Below are positions 49,011 to 57,807 of a stretch of DNA of 64,000 nt, piece after piece (the first letter of the stretch is position 1; the number at the start of each line of letters is the position of its first letter). This DNA is from Acidimicrobiia bacterium. GTDB lineage: Bacteria > Actinomycetota > Acidimicrobiia > IMCC26256 > DASPTH01. Both the position numbers and the translations under genes were made by a program. The DNA lies in the NCBI GenBank assembly GCA_046331125.1, contig JAXLRL010000016.1, positions 930 through 64,929 on the forward strand, written 5' to 3'. The notes beneath the pieces were generated by a model. That model was not told the origin of the DNA and did no database searches. It worked only from the letters and a program-made list of their open reading frames with translations.

Positions 49011-50299
49011 CAGTCGGCGAGATCCGACTCGTCGGGTTCGGGGAGCCCGAACAGCTCGACGAGCGCGTCGGCGTACAGCCGACCGCGTGCGCTGCCCGCG
49101 GCGTCCTTCACCCGCACCGTGGGCTCGTGCAGCAACTTGTTCACCACGCCGCGTGTGAGCTGTTCGACGAGCTCACGCGCCGCGGGGTCGAGGGCGTCGA
49201 GCTTGGCGCGGTGACGGTCGAGCTCGACCTCGCGCACTTCGTCGGCCTTGGCGCGCAGCCCGGCGATGATCGGCGCGACCTCGCGGGCCGACCGGTCCAT
49301 GCGGTGACGGTCGAGCTCCTCGGCGATGATCTCGCGGACGTTGCCGATTTCCTGGCGACGCTGCGCGAGCGACTGCTCGCCGACGGCGCGCAGGTCGTCG
49401 ATGTCGAGCAGCGTGACGCCGAACACCTCGCCCGCACCGGGGTCGATGTCGCGCGGCACGCCGATGTCGACGATGAGGATGGCGCGGCCGTCGCGGGCCT
49501 GCATCACCTGCTCGATCGCGCTGCGCTCCACGAGCAGGTCCTGCGCACCGGTGGACGCGAGCAGCACGTCGCAGGTGAGCAGCGCCTCGGGGATCTCGTC
49601 GAGCGAGATCGCCCGTCCGCCGACCCGGGCGGCGAGCTCCTGCGCGCGCTCCTCGGTGCGGTTGGCGACGACGATCTCCTGCACCCCCGCGCCTGCGAGC
49701 GCGAGGGCCATGCCCTGGCCCATCTCGCCGGCGCCGAGCACGAGCACGCGCCGCTCGTCGAGCGAACCGAGCTTCTCGGTCGCGACGGTGACCGCGGCCG
49801 ACGACACCGACACCGCGTGACGGCCGATGCCGGTCTCGGTGCGGGCGCGCTTGCCGACCTCGATCGCGTGACGGAAGGTGCGCGACAGCACCGGGCCGCT
49901 CACGCCCTCGCGCTCGGCGAGTGACCAGGCCTCGCGGACCTGGCCGAGGATCTCGCCCTCGCCGATGATCATCGAGTCGAGGCCGGCGGCGACCCCGAAG
50001 AGGTGCGCCACCGCGGCGTCGTCGTGGTAGGCGTAGAGCAGGTCGGAGATCTCGCGGGGGTCGACGTCGGCGGTGTCGGCGAGGAAGTTGCCGACGTCCT
50101 GCATCGCCGGGTGGAACATCGTGGCGTGCGCGTAGATCTCGGTGCGGTTGCACGTGGAGAGCAGCACGGCCTCGGCGAGGTGCTCGGCCTTCGCCAGCGA
50201 CTGGAGCGCCTTCGGGAGGTTCTCGGGCGCGACCGCGACGCGCTCCAGCAACTCCACGGGAACGGTGCGGTGGTTGAGCCCGACTACGACCAGAGACAT
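49010..50299 (-). CDS. hemA: Glutamyl-tRNA reductase
   Basis: MSLVVVGLNHRTVPVELLERV..LSTCNRTEIY..VLGAGEMG. This is the internal start of ORF 49010..50380. Confidence 0.9.
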   Translation of the reverse strand: MSLVVVGLNHRTVPVELLERVAVAPENLPKALQSLAKAEHLAEAVLLSTCNRTEIYAHATMFHPAMQDVGNFLADTADVDPREISDLLYAYHDDAAVAHLFGVAAGLDSMIIGEGEILGQVREAWSLAEREGVSGPVLSRTFRHAIEVGKRARTETGIGRHAVSVSSAAVTVATEKLGSLDERRVLVLGAGEMGQGMALALAGAGVQEIVVANRTEERAQELAARVGGRAISLDEIPEALLTCDVLLASTGAQDLLVERSAIEQVMQARDGRAILIVDIGVPRDIDPGAGEVFGVTLLDIDDLRAVGEQSLAQRRQEIGNVREIIAEELDRHRMDRSAREVAPIIAGLRAKADEVREVELDRHRAKLDALDPAARELVEQLTRGVVNKLLHEPTVRVKDAAGSARGRLYADALVELFGLPEPDESDLAD

Positions 50300-50952
50300 G
50301 CCCGGAGCAGCTCCTCGGCTTCGTCCACGCGACCGGCGCGGATCAGATCGAGCATGCCGGAATCGAGCGCAGTCTGCCAATCGGCGCCCTCGGTGGGACG
50401 CCCCTCGGCGCGCAGGCGCTCCCGTGCCTCCGACATGATGTCCACCAGTCTCGCGTACTCGGGCCCGATCTCCTCACCCAGGCGCCGGCGGAGCCAGGCC
50501 GCCAGTGCCGGGCTGCGCCCGCCGGTGCCCACGGCCACCAGGAGGTCGCCCCGGCGCAGGGCCGACACGCTGGTGAGCGAGCCCACCTCGGGGTCGTCGG
50601 CGGTGCCCAGCCACACCCGGGCGGCCTCGGCGGTGGCGGCCACCGCCCGGTCGACGGCCGGGTCGCCCGTGGCGGTGAACGCCAGCCAGGCGCCGTCGAG
50701 GTCGGCGGGGGCGAAGGCCCGCTCGTGCAGGGTGACGGTGCCCTCGGCGGCCCACCCGCGCACCTGTTCGCCCGGCTCGGGGGCGATCACGACGACCTGG
50801 GCGCCCGCCTCGAGCAGTCCGGCGATCTTGCGGGCCGCGATCCGACCGCCGCCCACCACCACGCACCGACGGCCGGTGAGCACGAGGCTGACGGGGTAGC
50901 CCGTGACCGCGTCGCGGCCTCCCGCGCCAGGGTCCGCGCCGGTGTCGGTCAC
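50284..50952 (-). CDS. Precorrin-2 dehydrogenase/sirohydrochlorin ferrochelatase (SirC/CysG N-terminal domain-like)
   Basis: GTG 50952 forms a GTGA overlap with the rex stop. RRCVVVGGGRIAARKIAGLLEAGAQVVVIAP. Confidence 0.75.
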   Translation of the reverse strand: MTDTGADPGAGGRDAVTGYPVSLVLTGRRCVVVGGGRIAARKIAGLLEAGAQVVVIAPEPGEQVRGWAAEGTVTLHERAFAPADLDGAWLAFTATGDPAVDRAVAATAEAARVWLGTADDPEVGSLTSVSALRRGDLLVAVGTGGRSPALAAWLRRRLGEEIGPEYARLVDIMSEARERLRAEGRPTEGADWQTALDSGMLDLIRAGRVDEAEELLRACLWS

Positions 50953-51647
50953 CCCGTGGCCTCGGCGGGGGTGGTGTCGCGGCGCTGCTGGTAGAAGGAG
51001 AGGATCTGGAGCTCGATCGCCAGGTCGACCTTGCGCAGCGACACCTCGGGCGGCGCGGCCACGACCGTGGGTGCGAAGTTGAGGATCGAGGTGACGCCGG
51101 CCTCGACGAGGCGGTCGGCCACCTCCTGCGCGGCGTGCGCCGGCGTCGCGATGATGCCGATGGCGACGCCCCGCTCCTGGGTGATCGCGGGCAGGGCGGC
51201 GAGCGGCTCGATCACCAGGCCGCCGACGGTGCGGCCGACCTTCTCCGGGTCGGCGTCGACCAGCGCCACCACCCGGTAGCCCCGGGCCTCGAAGCGCTGG
51301 TAGTTGGCGAGCGCGTGGCCGAGGTTCCCCACGCCGACGATGACGACCGGCCAGTCGTGGGTGAGACCGAGCTCGCGGGCGATCTCGTGCACGAGGTGGG
51401 CGACGTCGTACCCGACGCCCCGCGTGCCGTAGGAGCCGAGGTACGACAGGTCCTTGCGCACCTTCGCCGCGTTCACCCCGGCCAGTTCGGCGAGGCGCTG
51501 CGAGGAGACGGTGCCGATGCCGTGTTCGGCCGTCTCCAACAGGGCCCGGTAGTAGAGCGGGAGCCGGGCGACGGTCGCCTCGGGGATGCGGCGGACCTCG
51601 GGAATCGGAGCCTCCTTCGGCTGGTGCCCCGGACACGTCGGGGGCAC
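50949..51647 (-). CDS. rex: Redox-sensing transcriptional repressor Rex
   Basis: IPEATVARLPLYYRAL winged helix, VVIVGVGNLGHALANY Rossmann motif. 232 aa. Confidence 0.9.
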   Translation of the reverse strand: MPPTCPGHQPKEAPIPEVRRIPEATVARLPLYYRALLETAEHGIGTVSSQRLAELAGVNAAKVRKDLSYLGSYGTRGVGYDVAHLVHEIARELGLTHDWPVVIVGVGNLGHALANYQRFEARGYRVVALVDADPEKVGRTVGGLVIEPLAALPAITQERGVAIGIIATPAHAAQEVADRLVEAGVTSILNFAPTVVAAPPEVSLRKVDLAIELQILSFYQQRRDTTPAEATG

Positions 51648-51669
51648 CCGTTCCCGTCAGCGTACCGAC

Positions 51670-51687
51670 CTTGTGCACAAATTCTCA
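51670..51687. promoter_or_regulatory. Candidate Rex operator
   Basis: TTGTGCACAAATTCTCAA matches 12 of 14 specified positions of TTGTGAA-N4-TTCACAA. It lies 23 nt upstream of the rex start, in the divergent intergenic gap. Confidence 0.5.
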
Positions 51688-51725
51688 AAGTCACGAAGTG
51701 AGGTCCGCACGCGTACGCTCCGGGC

Positions 51726-52448
51726 GTGGTCGTAGCCCTGGCGTTCGTCGCGACGGTCGTGTCGACGCTGTTCGCCGAGTCGATGCTCGTCCACTACACG
51801 CAGAAGCACCGCCCGCAGGACCGCGCCTGGGCCATCTCCCTGGCGATGTTCGCGCTGGCCTCGGTGGCGCTCTCGGTGGGCACCTCGACGGGTTGGGACA
51901 ACGGCACCTTCCGCGTCTTCTACCTGTTCGGCGCCATCCTCAACGTCCCGTGGCTCGCCATGGGCACGGTGTTCCTGCTCGCCTCACCGGTGCTCGCCCG
52001 CCGCGTGCACTGGGGCCTCGTGCTCTTCAGCGGGTTCGCCGCCGGCGTGATGTTCAGCGCGCCGATGACGACGGTGAAGGGCGACGCGATCCCGGTGGGC
52101 AAGGAGGTCTTCGACGCCCTGCCCCGCATCCTCGCCGCCGTCGGGAGCGGCGTGGCCGCGGTCGTGATCATCGCGGGGGCGATCACCTCGGCCGTGCGCT
52201 TCGCCCGCGACCGATCGGTCCCTGCCCATGGCCGTCTCGCCGCCGCCAACGGTCTCATCGCGCTCGGCACGATCGTGCTCTCGAGCGGCGGACTGCTCCA
52301 GGGCGTGGTCGGCCACGACGAGGCGTTCACCCTCAGCCTCGCGGTCGGCATCAGCATCATCTACGGCGGCTTCGTGCTCGCCAGCGGACGACGGCCGCGC
52401 CTCGGCACCGACGACGCGGTTTCGACCGACAAATCTCACGCTGAGTGA
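51726..52448 (+). CDS. Integral membrane protein (about 7 TM), unknown function
   Basis: Intact 240-aa ORF, hydrophobic throughout. Confidence 0.55.
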   Translation: MVVALAFVATVVSTLFAESMLVHYTQKHRPQDRAWAISLAMFALASVALSVGTSTGWDNGTFRVFYLFGAILNVPWLAMGTVFLLASPVLARRVHWGLVLFSGFAAGVMFSAPMTTVKGDAIPVGKEVFDALPRILAAVGSGVAAVVIIAGAITSAVRFARDRSVPAHGRLAAANGLIALGTIVLSSGGLLQGVVGHDEAFTLSLAVGISIIYGGFVLASGRRPRLGTDDAVSTDKSHAE

Positions 52449-52664
52449 CTATTTCGGCTCAAGCTCTCGCAAAGAGTGGCCGATGCCACAGTACGAGCGT
52501 CCCCCGGGGGGAAGCTCGCCAGGTCCCCGGCGTGCGAGAGCGGGTGGCGTGGATCGGTTCGCCGGTTCACGAAGCCTCCCAGCCCGCCCCAAGCCCATCC
52601 GCGATCCACGCCGGGGACCCACTTTCTTCGCTCGGACGCTGCTCGGCGGGATACCCGCCTCGCG

Positions 52665-52687
52665 GCCGCTCCTCGCTGGCGAGCGGC
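52665..52687. terminator. Hairpin between convergent genes
   Basis: GCCGCTC-ctcgctggc-GAGCGGC, 7-bp stem. The inner motif CTCGC-tg-GCGAG is also seen at 36.86 kb. Confidence 0.35.
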
Positions 52688-52797
52688 TCCGCTCCCGCCT
52701 CCGGCGTTCGCTGCGCCGCCGCAACCCATGTGACTCGGGCTCGGTGCGTGTGTGCTCGCCTCGCTGCGCTCGGCCTCACGCGTTGTCGCTGGCGCGC

Positions 52798-52884
52798 CTA
52801 CAGGTGAAAAACAAACTGGAGCATCGCGGCCATGAGGATCATGAAGAGCAGGATCACGATGGCGATGGTGGTGCCGGGCCTCAT
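52798..52884 (-). CDS. 28-aa hydrophobic micro-ORF coupled to the SAM hydrolase gene
   Basis: My translation is MRPGTTIAIVILLFMILMAAMLQFVFHL-TAG. Its ATG overlaps the upstream TGA (ATGA). Confidence 0.35.
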   Translation of the reverse strand: MRPGTTIAIVILLFMILMAAMLQFVFHL

Positions 52885-53780
52885 TGGTCACCTCGACGGG
52901 AGAGCTCCACGGGGGTCTCGACGCCCGTGAGGGAAGGATCGGTGGCGGTGGTGCCGCCGGCGCCCTCGGGGACGAGGGTGACACCACTGCCGGCCCGGAG
53001 GCCCAGTTCGTCAGCGGCCGACGCCCGGTCGAGGCACAGCGCGAGCAGGCCGTAGGAGTCGACCAGCACCACCAGCTCCGAGGGCTTCGCCTCGGCGTAC
53101 GTGGTCACCCAGCGGGCCACCCGTACGGTCTCGTTGCCGCCCGCCTCGCGGACGTGGACCTCGATGCGGGAGCCGAGCGACGCGCCGGAGACCTGCAGCT
53201 CACCGGGGTCGACGTTGAGCTGGGCGTTGCCGAATCGGTCGACCCACCACACCTCGCCGACGATGGTGCCGTCGTCGCGCACCTCGGGCAGCGACACCAG
53301 GCCGGGCACCAGCGTGGCCGGGTCGACCGGCGTGCCGAGCTGGGCGATGTCGGCACCCGCGGCGAGATGACCGGCGGCCGGGGCGAGCACGTCACGACCG
53401 GCGAACGTGGGTCCGGGGGCGGGGAGCTGGAAGTCGGGGTTGTCGAGCGAGAACACCCGGCGGGCGCCGCCGGCCATCGCCACCGCGGGCGCGAGCAGGC
53501 CGTTGTCGGGGCCGAGGAAGATGCCGCCGCCCAGCTCGACGGCCAGGAGGCGACGCTCCGTGCCCACGCCGGGGTCGACGACGGCGACCACGATGCAGTC
53601 CTCGGGGAGGTACTGCACGGCACGCACCAGCAGCAGCGCGCCGGCCCGCACGTCGTGGGCGGGGATGTCGTGGCCGAGGTCGACGACGCGCGCATCGGGC
53701 GCGAGGCCGAGCATGACGGCCTTGCAGACGCCGACGAACTCGTCGGCGTGGCCGTAGTCGGACGCGAACGCGATCAGCAC
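52881..53780 (-). CDS. SAM hydrolase / SAM-dependent halogenase family (DUF62) protein
   Basis: LIAFASDYGHADEFVGVCKAVM...GPDNGLL...WVDRFGNA. GTG 53780 chosen. The ORF track's alternative start is GTG 53840. Confidence 0.75.
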   Translation of the reverse strand: MLIAFASDYGHADEFVGVCKAVMLGLAPDARVVDLGHDIPAHDVRAGALLLVRAVQYLPEDCIVVAVVDPGVGTERRLLAVELGGGIFLGPDNGLLAPAVAMAGGARRVFSLDNPDFQLPAPGPTFAGRDVLAPAAGHLAAGADIAQLGTPVDPATLVPGLVSLPEVRDDGTIVGEVWWVDRFGNAQLNVDPGELQVSGASLGSRIEVHVREAGGNETVRVARWVTTYAEAKPSELVVLVDSYGLLALCLDRASAADELGLRAGSGVTLVPEGAGGTTATDPSLTGVETPVELSRRGDQ

Positions 53781-53850
53781 GGCCGCGACGCTAGACCGCG
53801 GCCGTGCTGCCCACTGAGCCGGGCGCCCACCAGGGGGCACCCCGAGACGA

Positions 53851-54045
53851 TCAGCCGGCTTGCGTGTAACGCTTGCCCAGGTACGTGTCGACGTCGACGT
53901 CGCGCACGCGGAACGACCGCCCCACCCGGACCGCGGGCAGTTCGCCCGACTTGATGATGCGATAGACCGTCATGGTCGACACGCGCATGAGATCCGCGAC
54001 TTCCTGGACTGTCAGGAACCGCGCCGTGGCGAAAGATTGCGCCAC
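53851..54045 (-). CDS. Excisionase-family (HTH_17) DNA-binding protein
   Basis: LTVQEVADLMRVSTMTVYRIIKSGELPAVRVGRSFRV. 64 aa. Confidence 0.8.
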   Translation of the reverse strand: MAQSFATARFLTVQEVADLMRVSTMTVYRIIKSGELPAVRVGRSFRVRDVDVDTYLGKRYTQAG

Positions 54046-54121
54046 TGAACACCCCTTCCGTTTCCCCCGCTTTTCCGCGCCGTGAGCGTATGCCCCTGGG
54101 GCTCGTGTTGCAAAAGAGCAG

Positions 54122-55042
54122 CTAGGGGACGGTGTGGGAAGCGACGGGGGTCACGATCCCCCTCGGGGCGTCGAGGCCGTCGCCCACGAGGCCCTGCGCC
54201 GGATCGAGCGGCCCGTCGGCCTGCGCCAACTCGGCCAGGCGGCCCCGGAGCGCCTGGTAGGCCACGGGCGGGCGGCGCTCGTCGAGCGGCACGACCCGGA
54301 CGGAACGGCCCCGGTGGGCGGCCACGGCGAGGGCCAGCGCGTCGAGGTCGGCGAAGGCCACCACCTCGATCCCGGCGTTCAGGGCCACCCCGGCGAAGCA
54401 GCGGTCGGCCACGAGGAGATCCGGCCGCGACAGCGTGAAGAGGAGCTCCTCGGCGGCGGGGACGTCGTCGTCGCCGAGGAGCTGGACACCGTCGGTGACG
54501 ACGGCGACGTCGTCGAGCCACCGGAGCCGGCGGCCGCCGGTGCCGATGGGCCCCGACTCGCGGGCGCTGAGCACCTTCCCGCCCGCGGCGGATGCCGACG
54601 CGGCGATCGCGCAGTGGAGGGGCAGCAGCGACGCCGGCCGGGCCGTCGCGAAGGCGAGGTCGCCGCCGGCACGCGCGACCTCGAGCACCCGCGCCATCGC
54701 GGCGTCGAAGCCGGCGACGGTGGACGACGCGGCGATGCGGGCCCGCGGCCCGTCGCCCTCCCACCCGTAGACGGCCGCGACCGCCGCCTCGACCTGCGCG
54801 TACGTGGTCGTCCCGAGCGGGTCGAGACCGAGTCGGGCCGGAGGTGCGCCCGCGGCGAGACGGCGCATCAGCGCGACGACCTCGTCGCGCCCGAACCGCG
54901 CGCTGCGCCCCGCGACGTGGGCGCGCTTCAACTGGTCGTTGAGCGACGGGCCGGGAGGTGCGACATCGACGCGCGGCCGCTTCGGCCCGCGCGTGTCGTC
55001 GTCGAGCCGCGGCGGGAGGTTCGAACGGTTGCGGCGCGTCAT
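54122..55042 (-). CDS. Hypothetical protein (306 aa)
   Basis: ATG 55042 forms an ATGA overlap with the proC stop. The frame is coding-like and no motif was recognised. Confidence 0.5.
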   Translation of the reverse strand: MTRRNRSNLPPRLDDDTRGPKRPRVDVAPPGPSLNDQLKRAHVAGRSARFGRDEVVALMRRLAAGAPPARLGLDPLGTTTYAQVEAAVAAVYGWEGDGPRARIAASSTVAGFDAAMARVLEVARAGGDLAFATARPASLLPLHCAIAASASAAGGKVLSARESGPIGTGGRRLRWLDDVAVVTDGVQLLGDDDVPAAEELLFTLSRPDLLVADRCFAGVALNAGIEVVAFADLDALALAVAAHRGRSVRVVPLDERRPPVAYQALRGRLAELAQADGPLDPAQGLVGDGLDAPRGIVTPVASHTVP

Positions 55043-55839
55043 GCGCGGCCCAGCTCCTCCGACCGACGCGTCGCGGCCTCGACCGCCTCGAGGAACGCGG
55101 CGCGCACCCCGTGGGCCTCCAGCGCGCGCAGGCCGGCCGCGGTGGTACCCCCGGGCGACGTGACCGCGGCTCGCAGCGCCTCGGGCCCTTCGTCGCCGTC
55201 GCCGAGCAACGCGGCCGCGCCCGACAGCGTCTGGCGCACGAGCGCCGTCGACGTCTCGCGGGTGAGACCGACGAGCACCCCGGCCTCGATCATGGACTCC
55301 GCGACGAGGAACACGTAGGCCGGGCCCGAGCCCGACAGGCCGGTGACCGCGTCGAGCTGCGACTCCTTCACCCGCACGACGAGGCCGACGGCGCCGAGCA
55401 CCCGCTCCGCGAGGTCGAGGTGGGTGTCGTCCGCGTGGGTGCCCTTCGCGATCGCGGCCGCGCCCTGCCCGACCAGCGCGCCGGTGTTGGGCATCGCGCG
55501 CACGACGGGACGGCCGGGCAGCGCGGCCTCGAGCCCGGCGATCGTGATCCCCGCCGCGATCGACAGCACGAGCGCGTCCTCGCGCACGGCGTCGGCGCAA
55601 CTCGTGAGCGCCTCGATGACGTCGGTGGGCTTCACTGCGACGACCACGATGTCGGCGTCGTTCGCCGCCCACGACGGGCTGTGCACCACCCGCACTCCCG
55701 GGAGGCGTGCCTCCACGACGTGCCGACGGTCGGCGTCGACCTCCGCGATGACGATGGTCTCCGGGTTCCACCCTGCCTCGACGAGGCCGATCGCGAGCGC
55801 CTCGCCCATTCGGCCACCGCCGAGAAGTGCCAACTGCAT
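55039..55839 (-). CDS. proC: Pyrroline-5-carboxylate reductase
   Basis: MQLALLGGGRMGEAL...SPGGTTAAGL. 266 aa. Confidence 0.9.
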   Translation of the reverse strand: MQLALLGGGRMGEALAIGLVEAGWNPETIVIAEVDADRRHVVEARLPGVRVVHSPSWAANDADIVVVAVKPTDVIEALTSCADAVREDALVLSIAAGITIAGLEAALPGRPVVRAMPNTGALVGQGAAAIAKGTHADDTHLDLAERVLGAVGLVVRVKESQLDAVTGLSGSGPAYVFLVAESMIEAGVLVGLTRETSTALVRQTLSGAAALLGDGDEGPEALRAAVTSPGGTTAAGLRALEAHGVRAAFLEAVEAATRRSEELGRA

Positions 55840-56066
55840 GCGGGAAGGCTAACCGTGCCCGCGACCGGCGTGGTGCGGGATCGTCGAAGGTGGCCGGGTC
55901 CGAGGAACGATCGCGGTGACCCGCACTTCCCCGAACGGGCTGCGCTCCTGCACCTCGGACCCGGTCCCACGGGCCCCGTCGGGCGCCGTGCCCCCGAGGA
56001 GACGACGTGCGGCCGCAGCTGTCACGCGCGTTCCGGGGAGCGCGCCGGGGAGCGTCGGCCGGGGCG

Positions 56067-56534
56067 TCAGGAACGGCGGCCGTACGCGAGCTGCACGACC
56101 GCCTGGAACCAGCGCTCGGTGAGCTCGTAGAGCACGCCGATGATGCGGTCGAGCTCGTCCTCGGTGAGGTGCTCGAGCCCGAGGCGACCGACGAGGTAGA
56201 TGTCGCCGTCGGGGCCGAGCGAGAAGCGCGCGCCGTACATCGTGTGGTTGCGCTTCAGCAGGAACTCGTGGAGCTCGGCGCGCTGCTCGGCGGTCGCGGT
56301 CTCGGGCGAAGGCAGGAAGTACACCTCGTAGCGCAGCGTGCGTTCGCGCAGGTCGAAGTAGATGGTGGTCGCGTCGCGCGCGTCACACGTGAAGCGCACG
56401 TACCAGCGCCGCAGCTCGGGGTCGTACTCGACGGTCTGGATGTAGGGCTCGGCAGCGACCGTGCCCTCGAGGTGGTCGCGCACGAGCGCGAACGCGACCT
56501 CCGGGTCCATGGGGAGGTCGAACTGCGTGCTCAC
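56067..56534 (-). CDS. YbjN-like domain protein
   Basis: GTG 56534 sits 8 nt after the mshA stop. RWYVRFTCDARDATTIYFDLRERTLRYEVYF. Confidence 0.6.
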   Translation of the reverse strand: MSTQFDLPMDPEVAFALVRDHLEGTVAAEPYIQTVEYDPELRRWYVRFTCDARDATTIYFDLRERTLRYEVYFLPSPETATAEQRAELHEFLLKRNHTMYGARFSLGPDGDIYLVGRLGLEHLTEDELDRIIGVLYELTERWFQAVVQLAYGRRS

Positions 56535-56541
56535 GCGCGCG

Positions 56542-57759
56542 TCACCGGCACTGCACGGGCGCACGCATGGCGAGATCGTCGTAGTGACGGCGCAGGCGCG
56601 CGGCCGCGATGCCCCAGCCGAAGCGTGCGGAGTTCGCCGCGGCGCGCTCGCGCATCGGCGACGGGTCGTCGAGCGCGAGGACGCGCTCGATCGCGTCGGC
56701 GTAGTCGGTGGGTTCGCGCGTGTCTATGAGGTACCCGGTCTCGCCGTGCGCCACGAGCGACCGCAGCCCGCCGACGTTGGCGGCCACGACCGGAGTGCCG
56801 CACGCCGCGGCCTCCAGCGCGACCAGACCGAACGACTCGGTGCGCGAAGGCACGACGCACACGTCGGCGGCACGGTACCAGCTCACCAACTCGTCGTGGG
56901 GTTGGGGCGCCACGAAGCGCACGCGGTGCGTGAGCCCGAGCTCGTCGACCAGCGCGTGCAGTGCCGACTCCTCGTGCGCGCCGTCGGGCCCGCTCGGGCC
57001 GCCGACGACGACGAGCTCCGCGCTGGTGTCGCGCAGCTCGGCCAGCGCGTGCACGGCGACGTCGACGCCCTTGAGCGGCTGGATGCGACCGACGAACAGC
57101 ACGACGGGGTTGCAGCCGATGCCGAGGTGGCGGCGGGCCGCGACGCGATCACCGGGCTGGAACACGTGGTGGTCGACACCGGGCGCGATGATCTCGACGC
57201 GCTCGGGGTCGGCGCCGTAGTACCGCACGAGTTGGTCGTGCTCCTCGTTCGTCGACGCGACGACGAGGTCGGCGCAGCGCACCACCTCGGCCTCGACGCG
57301 GGGCCGCAACGCGACGCCGTCGGCCAGACCGACCTCGGCCTTCACGCGGTCGAGGGTGTGGAACGTGGTGACCAGCGGGAGGCCGAGCTCGTGCTTGAGC
57401 CGGTGGCCGACCGCGCCCGACACCCAGTAGTTCGCGTGGAGCAGGCCGTACTCGGTGCCGGTGCGCTCGATGTACGCGCGGGTCGCGTCGCAGAACTCGC
57501 CGACGAGGTCGGGGAGGAGGTGCTTGTCGACCGGCGCCCGCGGCCCCGCCTCGACGTGGAGCACCCGGAAGCCGGGCTCCACCACGATCGACTCGGCGTG
57601 GTCGGGGTGCTCCGCTCGGGTGAGCACGTCGACGGCGACGCCCGCGCGGGCCAACGCCGACGCCAGCGAACGCACGTACACGTTCATCCCACCACCGTCG
57701 CCGGTGCCCGGTTGGGCGAGCGGCGAGGTGTGCACGCTCAGCATGGCCACCCGTTGCAT
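56542..57759 (-). CDS. mshA: D-inositol-3-phosphate glycosyltransferase (mycothiol biosynthesis)
   Basis: MQRVAMLSVHTSPLAQPGTGDGGGMNVYV... and the GT4 C-terminal ESFGLVALEAAACGTPVVA. 405 aa. Confidence 0.85.
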   Translation of the reverse strand: MQRVAMLSVHTSPLAQPGTGDGGGMNVYVRSLASALARAGVAVDVLTRAEHPDHAESIVVEPGFRVLHVEAGPRAPVDKHLLPDLVGEFCDATRAYIERTGTEYGLLHANYWVSGAVGHRLKHELGLPLVTTFHTLDRVKAEVGLADGVALRPRVEAEVVRCADLVVASTNEEHDQLVRYYGADPERVEIIAPGVDHHVFQPGDRVAARRHLGIGCNPVVLFVGRIQPLKGVDVAVHALAELRDTSAELVVVGGPSGPDGAHEESALHALVDELGLTHRVRFVAPQPHDELVSWYRAADVCVVPSRTESFGLVALEAAACGTPVVAANVGGLRSLVAHGETGYLIDTREPTDYADAIERVLALDDPSPMRERAAANSARFGWGIAAARLRRHYDDLAMRAPVQCR

Positions 57760-57807
57760 AGCGGGGGAGATCCTACCCAGCGGCCTCGCTGACGGTTGCG
57801 GGTCGGG

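Noticed and set aside
53851-54045. Excisionase-like gene as a marker of a mobile element.
   Set aside because: It is a stand-alone HTH_17 protein close to proC, a conserved actinobacterial neighbourhood (as in the mycobacterial proC region). No integrase or phage genes are around it.
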